A DNA stretch of 59,743 nucleotides, filler included, from Sphacelaria rigidula (taxonomy: Eukaryota): the NCBI GenBank assembly GCA_964200075.2. It is 10 parts of 10 records of this genome, joined end to end, with 100 filler letters (N's around TTAATTAATTAA, not from the genome) between each part and the next. Parts side by side here need not be neighbours in the genome. Positions count along the whole stretch, not along the records: positions 1 to 5,885 come from CAXNAA020023738.1; positions 5,986 to 11,870 come from CAXNAA020023739.1; 8 more parts are not named here. The stretch is one strand, 5' to 3'. Both the position numbers and the translations under genes were made by a program. Below the pieces are notes generated by a model. The model searched no databases and had not been told where the DNA came from. It saw nothing but the letters and a program-made list of their open reading frames with translations. Shown one piece after another: positions 1 through 11,970 of the stretch; position 1 is the stretch's first letter; each line of letters begins with the position of its first letter.

Positions 1-449
1 GCTTTTGGGGCGTGGGTGGGGGGGGTGTGGGGGGGGGACTTGCGGGCGACTACGGAGGGGCGGGGGGGGGGAGGGGGGGGGGGGGGGGTGTTGTGCCCGA
101 AGTGAGAAATGTGTCATCCCTTGGTGAAATATATGCAGATTTCTTGTCAGAACTGCGAACCTTACAATATTTTGAACACTTTGTAAGGGGAGCGATCTCC
201 AGCGAAGTTTTCGTTGCTTGTTCTCACGCCCACAACTCGCCCATGCTCTTGCGCTGGTGATCATGGGGGTAATTTTGACATAGAGGCCTGTTGCGCGGCG
301 GGGTATTTACGAATGCACCTTGGACAGACATGATCAACAAGACCACGTGGTGAACTGACACTGGTCGTCACATGTTCGTCACAGCACGGAAACGCGAGCC
401 TGTACTTTTCGTCACCCATGCTCCTTTCCTTTTCCCATCCTGAACGGCA

Positions 450-670
450 ATTTGTTGTTGTGTGTGCGCGTGTGTGTGTGTGTGTGTCGACGCCGACATA
501 TGTGGGCGCATCAGCCGGGTCACACCAAAGGAAGGCCAACACATGAGCCTTTGTATTTTTGTTGCAGTACTCCGCTTCCTGCTGCGGTGCTTGCATTATT
601 TTGTATCGCAAGAGGGATTCAGCGGTCCCTTTGCCTCGTCGACCGTGCAAGTCGAATTTTGTGTGCAGGA
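450..670 (-). mobile_element. SINE copy, body and 3' tail without tRNA head
   Basis: Reverse complement matches the SINE body at 20260-20490 and 46285-46378 (cacaaaattcgactt...ggtcgacgagg.aaaggga..gctgaa...gcaagcaccgcag) and ends in (CA)n. Confidence 0.85.
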
Positions 671-771
671 ATGCGGGAGATGAGCGTTCTGTGAAGATAA
701 AGTGACCACAAAGCACATGATCGCAGGAGCATGTCAGCCCTTTTGGCCCCCAGGCTCAATAATAACCTTGA

Positions 772-873
772 CCCTTAGACCGCGGTGCGGGTTAGTCTAT
801 ATAGATCACACATCGTTTTTCAAGTGAATGTTGATGCCGATTCAGCAGGTGATCTACCCTCGCGGTCAAAGGG
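772..873. mobile_element. 102-bp piggyBac-like MITE
   Basis: TIRs CCCTTAGACCGCG / CGCGGTCAAAGGG, flanked on both sides by TTGA (768-771, 874-877); related copies at 46063-46150, 46380-46793 (interrupted) and 46797-46894. Confidence 0.75.
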
Positions 874-3800
874 TTGAGCGCGTTTTGCTTGCTGGCTGGT
901 CGTGAGTGTAGCGAAAGACGCGCATGATCAATTTCAACCGCTCACACTTGAAAAAGTGCAGTCCATGCATGAAAAGCCAGGTTTGACTGATAGGCGTAAG
1001 CTGGAATTGCAGTCTGCCATTATTGCGTATTACAGTCGCCGCATACTTTGAAAAACAAATGACAGATGATCGCTGGAGAAACTAAAGAATTTTCTAAACT
1101 ACAATCAAGCGATATCGACCCTGGTAGGACCCAGGTCGCCTTACTACTACATCCGTGTAATGTTTACCTCTGTAGAATTACTTGCTTTTAGCAAGTGGTA
1201 GGTCTAGCTTGTCGCGTTCTCGCCTCGGCACGCTTTTCCTGAGAAAATAAAAACTGCCCCGTGTTTGGTTGCTGGCCGCGTTATCTTTTCACCCTCTACT
1301 GATGCGATCGGTTAGCACCACGGGAACATAAAAATACAGCCATCAACGCCACACTCAATGGATGCAGAACTAACACGCACTGGGGTCGAAAAGGGTTGAG
1401 GCCGACGCGCCGGGGCCGTGGGTTCAGATACCAACAGTAGCAGCGTATTTTCGTTGTTTCCGTCATCCGAAATCGTGAGAGAAGAGGAAAGTGAATATTT
1501 TCGATGAAAGTTGGGCTGCGGCAGTGCTCGTGGTCATCATCCAACGCTAGACAATGAAGTGCGAGGCAATTACCGTGCAAAAAAAGAAGCGCACTTGCGA
1601 TACGTACCATCATGCTGTATAAGTCATTGCTGTTCGCGCGATCCATTTTGCATTTCTTCCCTGCACCCGCCTCCTCCCACCACCACACAACAAAAGCAAG
1701 CCACGCACAACCTTCACCGTGCCGTTCCCCCGTCCCATAACCTTTGTTGCGACTTTGGCAGCGCTGGAGCGGAGAGCGGGACCAGAGGCAGACTAGCGGC
1801 ACTATCGAGCATGCGTGACGTGATTGGACATGGGGGCATCGACGTGGCATCTCATGGCTCAGCCTTCTCGTACTAGAACGTGTTGATACTGTCGGCTTAA
1901 AGTCCATTTTTTCTTCACGATTTTCAGGGCTGAACAGACGGTCGGGTTATGAGAACATCGGTGTATTTCCGGACACGTGGAAATCTCCCGGCTGACTTGT
2001 GCAAATCTCGGTGGCATTCGGCCAGCCGAACTGTCTGTCGTATGCGGATGTATGCAATATCGTGATCGGTGGTGCCGGGCGGTATCTTGACTCACACCGA
2101 CAGGATCCTTGGGATTCATCAACGTTGTCAAGCTCCGTCTCGTAGTTCAGGCTGCCCTGGGCATTTGTATTCGAGCATAGAGGGCCAAATAAACGACTCC
2201 GGACGTTGCCGTGTTGCCTGTGTGAACATGTTGTGGATAGGCGCAGTCCTCGGTTGGAGCTATGCCATCGATTTTGATACCCACGTGAGTTGTGTGATCA
2301 AGGTTTCGGTATGACAACTGAGTTCTAGTAGATGCCAGTGAGCTAGCTCATTAGCCAACAGATGCCCCGCTCGGGCAGAAAACGCAAAAGTTGCGAGCAC
2401 TCGATCTTCTCCCAAGGAACCACCAAACGGGGGTGCTCGTAATACTTTACAGGCCAGCGGTACACACCATGCAACCGACTCCGGCTGTTGCAAACCCGGT
2501 GCAACGTGATGACGGATAACGCTTGAACGCCTGACATGGTGCATCCATTTCTGATCAAGACATCGCGTTGGCATGAATCGACTGTAAAACAGATGCTTCG
2601 CAGCGAACGGGATACTTCTGCGGGGAAACGCTTTGAACCTTCGACGACACCAGCTCCTAGTTTGACGCGACACGAACAGGTTCAGGGGGAAGGTCCTAAG
2701 AGTTCCTTTCAGAGGAGAGACAACGCCTGCAGCTCATAAAAGGAGGCCGCTGACACGCAAACACCACCCGTCATGATTATATTTGCATGAGCCGCGACCA
2801 GCAGCACTTTGCTGCCCTGACACCAGTAGAATCATCATTGATGTCGCTGAATACTCGTAGCGAAACGACGTCGCGTGTTTGGCGTAGAATGGATGTGCTG
2901 CGGGCGGCGCATGCGGTTGTGGTCGGGTGTACTTTAATTTGTCCCTGAGGTTTCCACACCCCACCGCCGACTGAGCAGGACGAGCACATGGTCACACGCA
3001 TGAGCAACGTGCGGTGAGCGACTGGTGAGCTTGTCCTCCTCACAAACCTCTGCTACCAGCAACTTGGCCACGGAATCATTCGGGGGGTTGAGTCCTTGGA
3101 AGCTCTGACAGCAACCGTAATGTGGTGGGATATCCATTGCGTGACACTGCGCCCGACCATACTCCAAGCTTGATACAGACGGGGCGTCAAGCACTCGTCT
3201 CACCATGCCACACGCCCATGATGGTCCAAGTCGCGGCCATTTACGCCAAAAACCATCCTCCATCCTCCATCTCGGGGACTGTCAGCGCAGGCAACATCTC
3301 GGAACAAATTCCATGTACATTCGATGGGTTATTCCGGGCGAAATCAGCGTGTCGAGTTGAAAAGGAACAGCGCTACATGGTGGAAGTTGCCGGGGTGGGG
3401 ATCGCGCCCGCTAGGCTCGGGTTAACTTTTCTCCCAAAATATAATCGCTTGTCTCCGATTGACCCACACACACGACCGTCGCTGAAAAGCCCACCATCCG
3501 AGGGATATTACACCAGCAGCGAAAAACCCTGCAAGTGTGGCGCATGTGCTACATACAGTGAAGCTCGCGATTGACATATGAGAACAACTTGTATCGACAC
3601 GTACGTACTGCATAGCACAATGTTGTGACATAACCTAAACGGAGGCACACATCGCGGAGATAAACTGCGTGAAATTCCAAAGCACTCTGGCTGAAGCATG
3701 ATTCCAATTAAACAAATAAGCGACGGGCTCAGTGTTGACAAAATCTCGAGTTTGTGCTCAACTCCTCCCCCGTGGTTTTTTGTCCGAGACTGATGAGCGT

Positions 3801-4264
3801 GACGCCTCAGGGTGCTATGGTAACATGCGATTGGCAACGAATGTGTATAGGCAACGGAACCAACACCGTTCACATCGGACCCGATATGCCTAAAAAATGT
3901 TTTCAGCGAGTTCAAACTTCTGAGAAGGGCTGTAGTTTTCACGCGAAGCAAGAAGCAGCAAGTCCGAGTGGTTCCCACGGAGAAATGTCTCTGTTCCAAA
4001 TACCAAGTACCCAATGACGCAGAAGAACGATATACTGCAGCGCAAAGTGTGACATGAACATCTACAGCTCCAGCACAAATTCGTGATTCACTGTCGACTC
4101 TGGCTCCACAGCACTTCCGCCCCCTCCCCCCGAAACTGGGCGTCCGAAAGATGATAGCGAGGCTTCCCGATGTAAGCGCTGCGACACGAAAAAAACAGAC
4201 ATAATTTGGGACCAGAGTGAGCACCGAGTTGGCTTGGCGGCGAAGGTTCAGTCGTTTGCGCTTG

Positions 4265-4476
4265 ACCTTGGCAAATGAAAGTATACTCAAATGCGGGGTA
4301 TTTGGAAAGACGCACTTGGGGTACTGAAGTTAGGTTAGAGTGTTGGGAGTCGTACCCAAAAAATAGCTGGGGAGCGATTCCTGCAACCCTACATCCAATT
4401 TGTGTACTCCAAGTACGAATTTCGAAGTACCCCGCAATTGAGTATACTCTACTCGATCGACCCTTGAAAGTAACCA
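4265..4476. repeat. Dispersed repeat with short degenerate TACCC/GGGTA/TACTC subrepeats
   Basis: Similar blocks at 21855-22110, 48095-48210 and 49310-49840. Confidence 0.6.
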
Positions 4477-4547
4477 ATATTATCTACAGACTAGATAAAA
4501 AAAAAACGTCCGTTCATCCAAGAGTGCTAGTAAATAATCCCCGTACT

Positions 4548-4636
4548 GGTGTGACCCCGGCTGATGCACCCACATATCCCGGAAGGGGTAGACTGGCGCC
4601 CAGAATAAATGGGACGGCAACACAAACAACACACAC
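4548..4636 (+). mobile_element. SINE 3' tail; inverted copy at 5814-5885
   Basis: gtgtgaccccggctgatgcacccacatatcccggaaggggtagactggcgcccagaataaatgggacg matches 20410-20490 and is the reverse complement of 5814-5885. Confidence 0.85.
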
Positions 4637-5374
4637 TGGTGTAGATGAGAGGAGTATCAACAATGAATTATCTCACGTGTTTGGCATCGGTCGCCATGAA
4701 AAACAAGGATGTGGCTGTCGAGGATACATATATCGAGCGTTTTAATTCGGTAAGCGGTAGTCCATGTAAGGTGAGTAAGTGCAATAGAACAGAGAGGTCA
4801 AGGGGAGATGGCGGGGTGAGAGCTGTGAAGGGCTACTGGCTGGTAGCGAAAATCCCATCGGTCGGACGAATCATCGTTCGTTCGAATCACCAAATTTACG
4901 AATTCTGAGGCCTGATTGCCCGTAAGAGAGAAAAAAAAATGATCGCGGGTCGAAAACCTCTTCACTCAAATTTTGCGCTTATCCACTTGCCTCGGTGCGC
5001 ATACTATACCTCGGGCACAACGCTGGAAACAGAGCTCAAGGATTCATTTGTACGGTACGAACCAATTACACAAAAAATAACGATGTTCAGATTAATCATT
5101 GTGAGTTTGACACTTGAAAAAAATCAAAATTCGAGCTGCGCAGCTGTTTGTTTCTACGGAGATATCACGACGAATTCGATTAATATCTCAGAGGTTTCAA
5201 GGGTTTCGAGTTAGCGGCGCTTCCGCTAGTACCCGGCAGCGACCCTACATAGCGTGGAGAGCTCCAACCCAACCACTCGTGTCGTTGTTCAACCTGTTCA
5301 CCCTGATATAGATCTGTCAACCCAATTCAGGTCTTCACCAAGGGACAGGGTAGTTTCGCCCCCCACCCACCCAC

Positions 5375-5766
5375 TAGAGGGAAAATGTGGGAAACGAACG
5401 AATGTGTCATGAAAACGATCGCTGTACTACTGTAGCGAGATAGATGGTCGCCACAGACGGCGAAACAGGAAGGGGACGATATTTATAAAAGCTTTTCGTG
5501 CACTGTATGGAAAAAAATGTCATGAGCGCCGAAATGTTGGAGTTGTTTTTAGTAGGAGTAGGAACGGTGCTCCGTCCCGGCTTTGTAGGGATGCTTGGTC
5601 GATGATCAAACGACTAAGGCAAGCAATAAATCAGTACTCTCCCCCCCTCCCCCGCCCCAAGCCGGGTCCGGTGAAAATCTAACGTGCTCAATCCCGGCTT
5701 TGTAGGGATGCGAGGCCAATGGTCGTATGACCACGGCGTGCAAGATCATCAGCACACCCTGCCCCC
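5375..5766 (+). mobile_element. Two stacked LINE 3'-tail fragments, each ending in a C-tract
   Basis: 5375-5657 matches the 3' end of the RT-bearing LINE at 35927-36300 (minus); 5660-5766 matches the tails at 19260-19371 and 19575-19690. Confidence 0.8.
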
Positions 5767-5885
5767 TAAGGCAGCTGACTATTAATAGTTCCTCTGTATA
5801 ATACATGTATATTTGTGTGTGTGTGTTGTGTTTTCGTCCCATTTATTCTGGGCGCCAGTCTACCCCTTTCGGGATATGTGGGCGC

Positions 5886-5985
5886 NNNNNNNNNNNNNNN
5901 NNNNNNNNNNNNNNNNNNNNNNNNNNNNNTTAATTAATTAANNNNNNNNNNNNNNNNNNNNNNNNNNNNNNNNNNNNNNNNNNNN
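5886..5985. other. Artificial contig linker N44-TTAATTAATTAA-N44; also at 11871-11970, 17856-17955, 23841-23940, 29825-29924, 35809-35908, 41793-41892, 47777-47876, 53761-53860
   Basis: Nine identical 100-bp spacers whose core has stop codons in all six frames; segments between them decrease from 5885 to 5883 bp. Confidence 0.98.
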
Positions 5986-6999
5986 CATCAGAGGTGAGCT
6001 TCGACGGGGGGGGGGTGGTGTTCGCCCTAGACTGCACGGATTCTGCAAAAGCTCCAACCAGACAGCACCATTATCGGTGCAACTTGCGAGAGGAACTGCT
6101 TGTCAGTATTTAAACACACCTCGATCGTCTTTGAGCCCACTCCTTCCACTTGGGCGATGCTTTCAGGTCCGCAGCTGCATGCACAAGGGGTGCGGAACCT
6201 CGGGCGAAATCAGGACATTTGCCATCATCCACCGTTTCTCGCGGAGGCGTCTATTTCGCTTAAAAAAAAAAAATCCCCGGCGTAACACTGGCGTGGGGCC
6301 GCGGCTAAACAACCCTAACTTATGACAATAGCAAACGCGATAATAATGCGTCACAGAATCCAGGGTCTACGAGCAGACCCGCACAGAGTACATCTTGCAA
6401 CGCCTCTGAGCTTCATTACACCGCGCTCGTCCCATGTACCTTGCATCGATACCACAGCAGCTGCAATACACTCACAGATTCCGTAGCGCCGTTCAAGCGA
6501 TCGTGGGGTGCAAATGGCCTGGTAGCGCAGGAGAAACGCATGCTACAAGCAGGGCCAAAAAATACATTTGCACCGGACTGGCTTGGACATAGTTTTTATT
6601 TAAAGGCGACTCGGGTAATTTGGACATGAGCTATGTTCGCTAGAGGCATGGGAGCACGTCATCATGTGCTCGCGATTGATAACGGCCGCGTGGCAGACAA
6701 AAACGCCAGCAGATGAATTGCCGCTTGTACACGTTCTACCGCATTGTTCTGCGATGCATTGAGGTTTTAGCCAGCGTGCTTAGCATAGATATACAGACAG
6801 GGTTGAAAAAACTAGAAATGTACACGCTGCCCAGCTGTCTCGCGTCGCACGTTATCTATGCACGCTGCCTGTGTAATCTTGGGCTGTTGGGTACGAAGTG
6901 CGCATAACGCGTAGCAGCCGCGAAGACGGCTCCATGAATTGACCCCTTTTTCGCCGCACCGGCGATGTTCTGGACACGCAACTAGTGAGTCGACTTTTC

Positions 7000-9352
7000 C
7001 AGGGGTTTACACGTTACACGTGCCACAGCGTTACAGGTTGCGTTCACGTTACGTTTTGGCCGAAACGTAACGTGAACGTCAAAAACAAATTACGTGATGA
7101 ACGTAAAGTGAACGTAACGTTGAAATTTCAAACGAAACGTTGACGTAACCTTATTTTTTTTCAACGTGACATACGTAACGTAACGTGAACGTTTAATTGC
7201 CCAAACGTTCAAATCACGTATAATGAAACGTTTCATGTAACGTGTAACGTCTATTACACGTGCATTAGACGTTACACGTTACACATAACGTTATATGTTA
7301 CGTTACACGTTATATGAAACGTCATGAACACGTCACATGCAGTGGTGAAACTTCAAGTTTGCAATGAATTCAAAAATCCTGGAAGATGGTGCTTCAATGA
7401 ACACGAGTGAGTTTGAATGACCGTGGTATACAGCTATGGCACTATACTATTGTAAAACTTTCGCGCTCTCCCCACCATACGTTACATTCATAACATCATA
7501 ATCATCTCGACCACGTTTAAGGCTACTTCTTATGTATAAAAAACACGTAGTCAGAAAAGCCGTTTCTCAACAGCGCGATTTTTCACATAATTTTTCAAAG
7601 TAGCCTTCCTCACGATATCGACGCGCTGTCAAAATTGGAATCGCAGTGCTCCTCGTTTTCTATGAGGTATACAGGCATAATTTCAAATTCTGGGGCGCGC
7701 GAGATAGACGCAGCACTCTGCTGTCGTGTCGTGGTGTACGGTCCGTACTGACTGTCTGTACTACTGTTGTGATACATTGCCTGAGCAATACATGGTGGGC
7801 TGCATGACGGAAGACGATCAATACGAACACCACCTTGCTGTACTAACAACTGACTGTAGAAGTGACGGTTGTGCTTTTCACTGCACGGTAGGTAGTACTT
7901 GACTGAAAGGAAAGCACGGACAAGAGTACACACTATTATTGTATTGTATGCATCGGCTGTAAACGTCTTCGTGAGATTGAGCGTAGAGCGCTGATTGGAA
8001 GTGGCTTTATTCATTCGCTTCAACCCAGCCATTTATTCATTCTGTGTGCACGTCTTCTCCCCTGTGTGCACGTTTTCTCCCCTCCATCACTGGCGTGTGC
8101 TACAAGCTACACGTCAATATCCTTCTCAAGGATATCAAGGGCCTCAGTGGCAAGCTACTACAGAAAGCATACCGGGTCTCGTGTAGGGGCATTTCGGAAC
8201 TGAAACGTGTAATGCACAACAGTTATTGATCGCTTTTCACTCTCAATCGTATCCTTTACTCTCAATCTCACAAAAAACTTTTTTGTAGTGATGGCGTGGC
8301 TGGCATCATCACTGCTGTCGCTGGTGCTCGCGGGCAGTCAGCGTTTTGCTTTATTGTCCTTCGCTCGCCAGTAGTGTGATGGCCCTTACCCCTTACCCCC
8401 ATGAGAACAAAACAGCGCAGGGTCCATGACGAGTGCTGTCAGACACTCTGTATGTTGGTTGCGCAGCAACGTAGCTCAGGTTATGTCTGCATGCAGCGTG
8501 TTGCGAACAGCACTCGAATACAGTACAAACTGCCCAGGCTCCCAAGCCCTGTAAATACTACAGCAATAGCACTACTGCTCATACTGTGGTCTTGTCTGTA
8601 CGGTCAGTGCGGTCCTGTCCCTACAAGTCTTGGGTGCGTGGGCAGTCTGTACTGAATCGCGAGTGCTGTTCGCATCACGCTGCATGCACAGACCTGAAAT
8701 GCGAGCGACAATGCTATCTGTGCAAACTACACACACAGTGTACAGCACTCGCCATCGACCCTGCCCTGTACTGTTCTCATGGGGTAAAGAGCTATCATGA
8801 TACTAGCGAGCGAAGGACAATGAAGCAACACGCTGACTACCCGCGAGCACCAGCGACAGCAGTGTTTATGGCAGCCAGGCCACCCATGGCTGCTGTCGTG
8901 GGCTGGGGGGGGTGTTGGCGTGCCGCGGGATTTCAAATGCGTTTTCTGGTCACATAAGAAGTAGGTTATCAGAAAACTCGTTTTTTTATGGAGTTTTCCT
9001 TATGCGTGAGAACTAGCCGACGGTCCACCGTCAGGGTCACGTACACGGTAACATCACGCGTTAAACCACACATGACAACGCCTCAAATACTGGTAAATGA
9101 GCTTCGACATGCACAGAACGAAACATTACATTCGAACGTTACACGTGTTAACGTAACGTTATATTAGACGTTACACGTGACATTGAAACGTTTCATATTA
9201 CGTTACATGTAAGGAAACATGACGTTATATACTTTTCACGTGATAAACGTGACGTGAACGTAACGTTAAATTTTCATATGAAACGTGAACGTTAAATATT
9301 TTTTACATGATGAACGTAACGTGAACGTGAACGTGTAACGTGTAGACCCCTG
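7000..9352. mobile_element. Non-autonomous hAT-like DNA transposon, 2353 bp
   Basis: TIRs CAGGGGTTTACACGTTACACGT (7000-7021) / ACGTGTAACGTGTAGACCCCTG (9331-9352); 8-bp TSD GACTTTTC (6992-6999) / GATTTTTC (9353-9360); ACGT-rich subterminal arrays; no intact transposase ORF. Confidence 0.9.
7961..8281 (+). mobile_element. ~300-bp MITE nested in the hAT element
   Basis: Inverted ends gtgagattgagcgtagagcgctgattggaagtg (7971) / cactctcaatcgtatcctttactctcaatctcac (8238-8271); homologues at 17720-17855 (+) and 27168-27458 (-), related end at ~45596. Confidence 0.8.
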
Positions 9353-9459
9353 GATTTTTCCAGGGCGGTAGTAGCCGCGAGGAAGAAGGCCAACGTTGTA
9401 TATCTAATCCCAAAGGCTACAGCATCGTGATACTGCTTCCGCGTGCTGAGCTTTCCACT

Positions 9460-10295
9460 CCACGATGGCTTGAACGGCCGCTACGGAATGTTTGAGTGTC
9501 TTGCAGCTGCTGTGGTGTCGATGCAAGGTGCATCGGACGAGCGGATAGATATTCCACTTGCTTGAGTTGGACGTACAGTAGCTCGTGATGTCCAAGTTCA
9601 GTCGGTTTGCGGTATTTTTTGGCACTGTGTGTAGCAGCCCCGTTCCGTCTACTACGACGACGTTTGCACTGCACCATAGCTTGAACGATGGCTACGTATT
9701 GTGTTAGTGTGTTTCAGCTGCTATGGTGCCGATACAATAAAGATGGGATGAGTGCGCACAGATCTTCCACTCGCTCGAGGTCGACACAAGCTATGTCCAA
9801 CTCGCGACTTGGACATAGTAGCTCATGTCCATCCATCTCCTGTCGGGTGGTGGTATTTTTTGGCACTGTGCAGCAGGCGCGTTTCTCGACCGCCACAAGG
9901 CCGTTTGCACCCCGCGATGGCTTGACTCGTGGCTACGGACTGCGTGAGTGCATATCAGGTGCTGTGGTGTCGATGCAAGGCACATGGAATGAGCGCGGAC
10001 AGCTACGTCAATCGCTGGAGGTGGACACAAGCTATGTCCAACTCGCGACTTGGACATGGTAGCTCATGTCCACCTCCAGTCAGTTGGCGGTATTTTTTGG
10101 CCCTGTACAGCAGGCGCGTTTCTCGTCCGCTACGAGGCCGTTTGCACCGTGCGATGGCTTGAACGATGGCTACGGGCTGTGTGAGTGTATTCGGGGTGTT
10201 GTGGTGTCGATGTAAGGCACATGAGGCGAACGCGGGTGGGTAGTCAAACCCCAGCTGGAGGTGGACATAACTCATGTCCAAATCGCGACTTGGAA
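9460..10295. repeat. Tandem array of four ~210-240-bp units, with an inverted unit at ~6430-6640
   Basis: Motif gctacg...gctgtggtgtcgatgcaagg recurs near 9480, 9691, 9932 and 10169; internal palindrome tgtccaactcgcgacttggaca. Confidence 0.85.
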
Positions 10296-11970
10296 ATAGT
10301 ATTACCCAAGCCAAACACAGTTGCAGGGGAAGACATCATCATGCATCACCAACCGGAACTTTCGGGCAGGATTTCGCTCCATTTTCAGAAGGAAGTTCAT
10401 GCCAGATGTCGTCGCGATGAGGAGTAGTAAATATATTTAAAATGTTACCCATATTCAGGGCTTTCATTGAAGCTATGGGTGGTCGCTAAACTTCTCATAT
10501 ATCAAGAGATATGTTACATGTTCACAAATCATCGGCGCCAAATGCCAAATCACACTTGTTTCAACGTTCGTTGATTTTGTTTTTGTTTTGCTGTTCGCAA
10601 CCAAGAAAATGACTGGCTCTTTATACAATTTAATTCAAAGCGTATTACTTAACTCAATGAAGAGGTGACCCTATGGTCGTGGAGCTGACTTCCCCATGTT
10701 GTTCACAACAGCCGACACTCGAGCCTACTTCCTCTGCCTACAGCTTCCCTGCATTTTCCTCTCTCCCCTGTAGGGTTGATTTTCAAGGTAAGATTGGTTT
10801 CGTGGCCATCCAGGTCTATGCTTTCAGCCGCGAAAGTAGGTCAGGTACCTGTATAATCAAACTCGCTCGCATGCCGTTCCAAACCAAGCTAGTCTAGGAC
10901 TGGCGACTTGTTCACCACATGCTACAGCAGGGTTATATGCATCCGGGCGAGGGGTTTCTCTTGAATTTGGCCCTCTTCGTCCCAGCCAACCTCCTCTGTC
11001 GTCCTGGAATCTCATGTTAGACCTCGAACTACTGCTGGGGGACCTTATTCCTCAGACTGCGAGCGTCGCTTCGGAACAATTTCACCGGTAGTCCAAAGGC
11101 AGGGAGGTAGGGCTATTAACTGGACCAGTTTGTACTGATGGTTAAACTGGAACTGGAGTCTAACTGAAACTGGTAATGAGGACCCCACTTTATCCAGTTT
11201 ATTTGAAATTTACCGTTACCGGCTATGTTTATACAATTTTTAGTATTGTTCGTTAATTACAAAGATGCTTACATGATTACGGACAACATGACAATAGGAT
11301 TGGGGTCTGCACCGAACAGCAGTACAGGTACTCACAGCACAGTACAGTAGTAGTGGTCACTACACCTTGATATTGCGGATATATGCCAGGTTTGTTGTTT
11401 CATAGCATAACATACATCTGGAATTTTCAAAAAACACAAACGGTAATCCGCGACCAAAAAATACGAAGTACACCATGGCTTGCAATTCAACTGCATGCGT
11501 GCTTGTGGGTCCGGACGCCAATCATTTTGCGCTCTTATCTCCGCGTGTTGCCAGCCTTAGCTTGTTTGCATCCTCCCCTACTCACGGAGAGTCTGCTGCT
11601 GCATGTTACAGATGCATGGTTTTCGAATGCAAGATACAAAAAAGGGTGTACCCTTATGCTTTTGGAGCAAAAAAGGGTGGCGTATTTTTCGCTCTGAGGC
11701 GCGGCGCTGCACGCTGGCCGAACACCTCGAAAACACGTTCCAGCACCTCAGCCCCACGCCCAAGGTCCCTGGGCAGCATACCCGACCATTTTTTTTCGCT
11801 TTCACAACAGTTACTGGGCTGAACTGCGCCGAAAATGAGAGCCTGTGAGAGTACCCTTTTAGGTATGCCANNNNNNNNNNNNNNNNNNNNNNNNNNNNNN
11901 NNNNNNNNNNNNNNTTAATTAATTAANNNNNNNNNNNNNNNNNNNNNNNNNNNNNNNNNNNNNNNNNNNN

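Noticed and set aside
2640..2790. piggyBac transposase motifs (YN..GGV, R.T.W)
   Set aside because: Needs a frameshift, lacks the catalytic Asp, and the spacing is wrong
5930..5941. TTAATTAATTAA recurring every ~6 kb as a biological repeat
   Set aside because: Always centred in identical N-runs, so it is an artificial linker
9460..10295. CRISPR-like array (also considered for 35214-35731 and 40540-40830)
   Set aside because: Units are similar along their whole length, with no constant repeat plus unique spacers and no cas-like ORFs
10774..10787. 14-bp micro-exon between a strong acceptor and a GTAAGA donor
   Set aside because: No partner exons found in the contig, so it cannot be supported without RNA data
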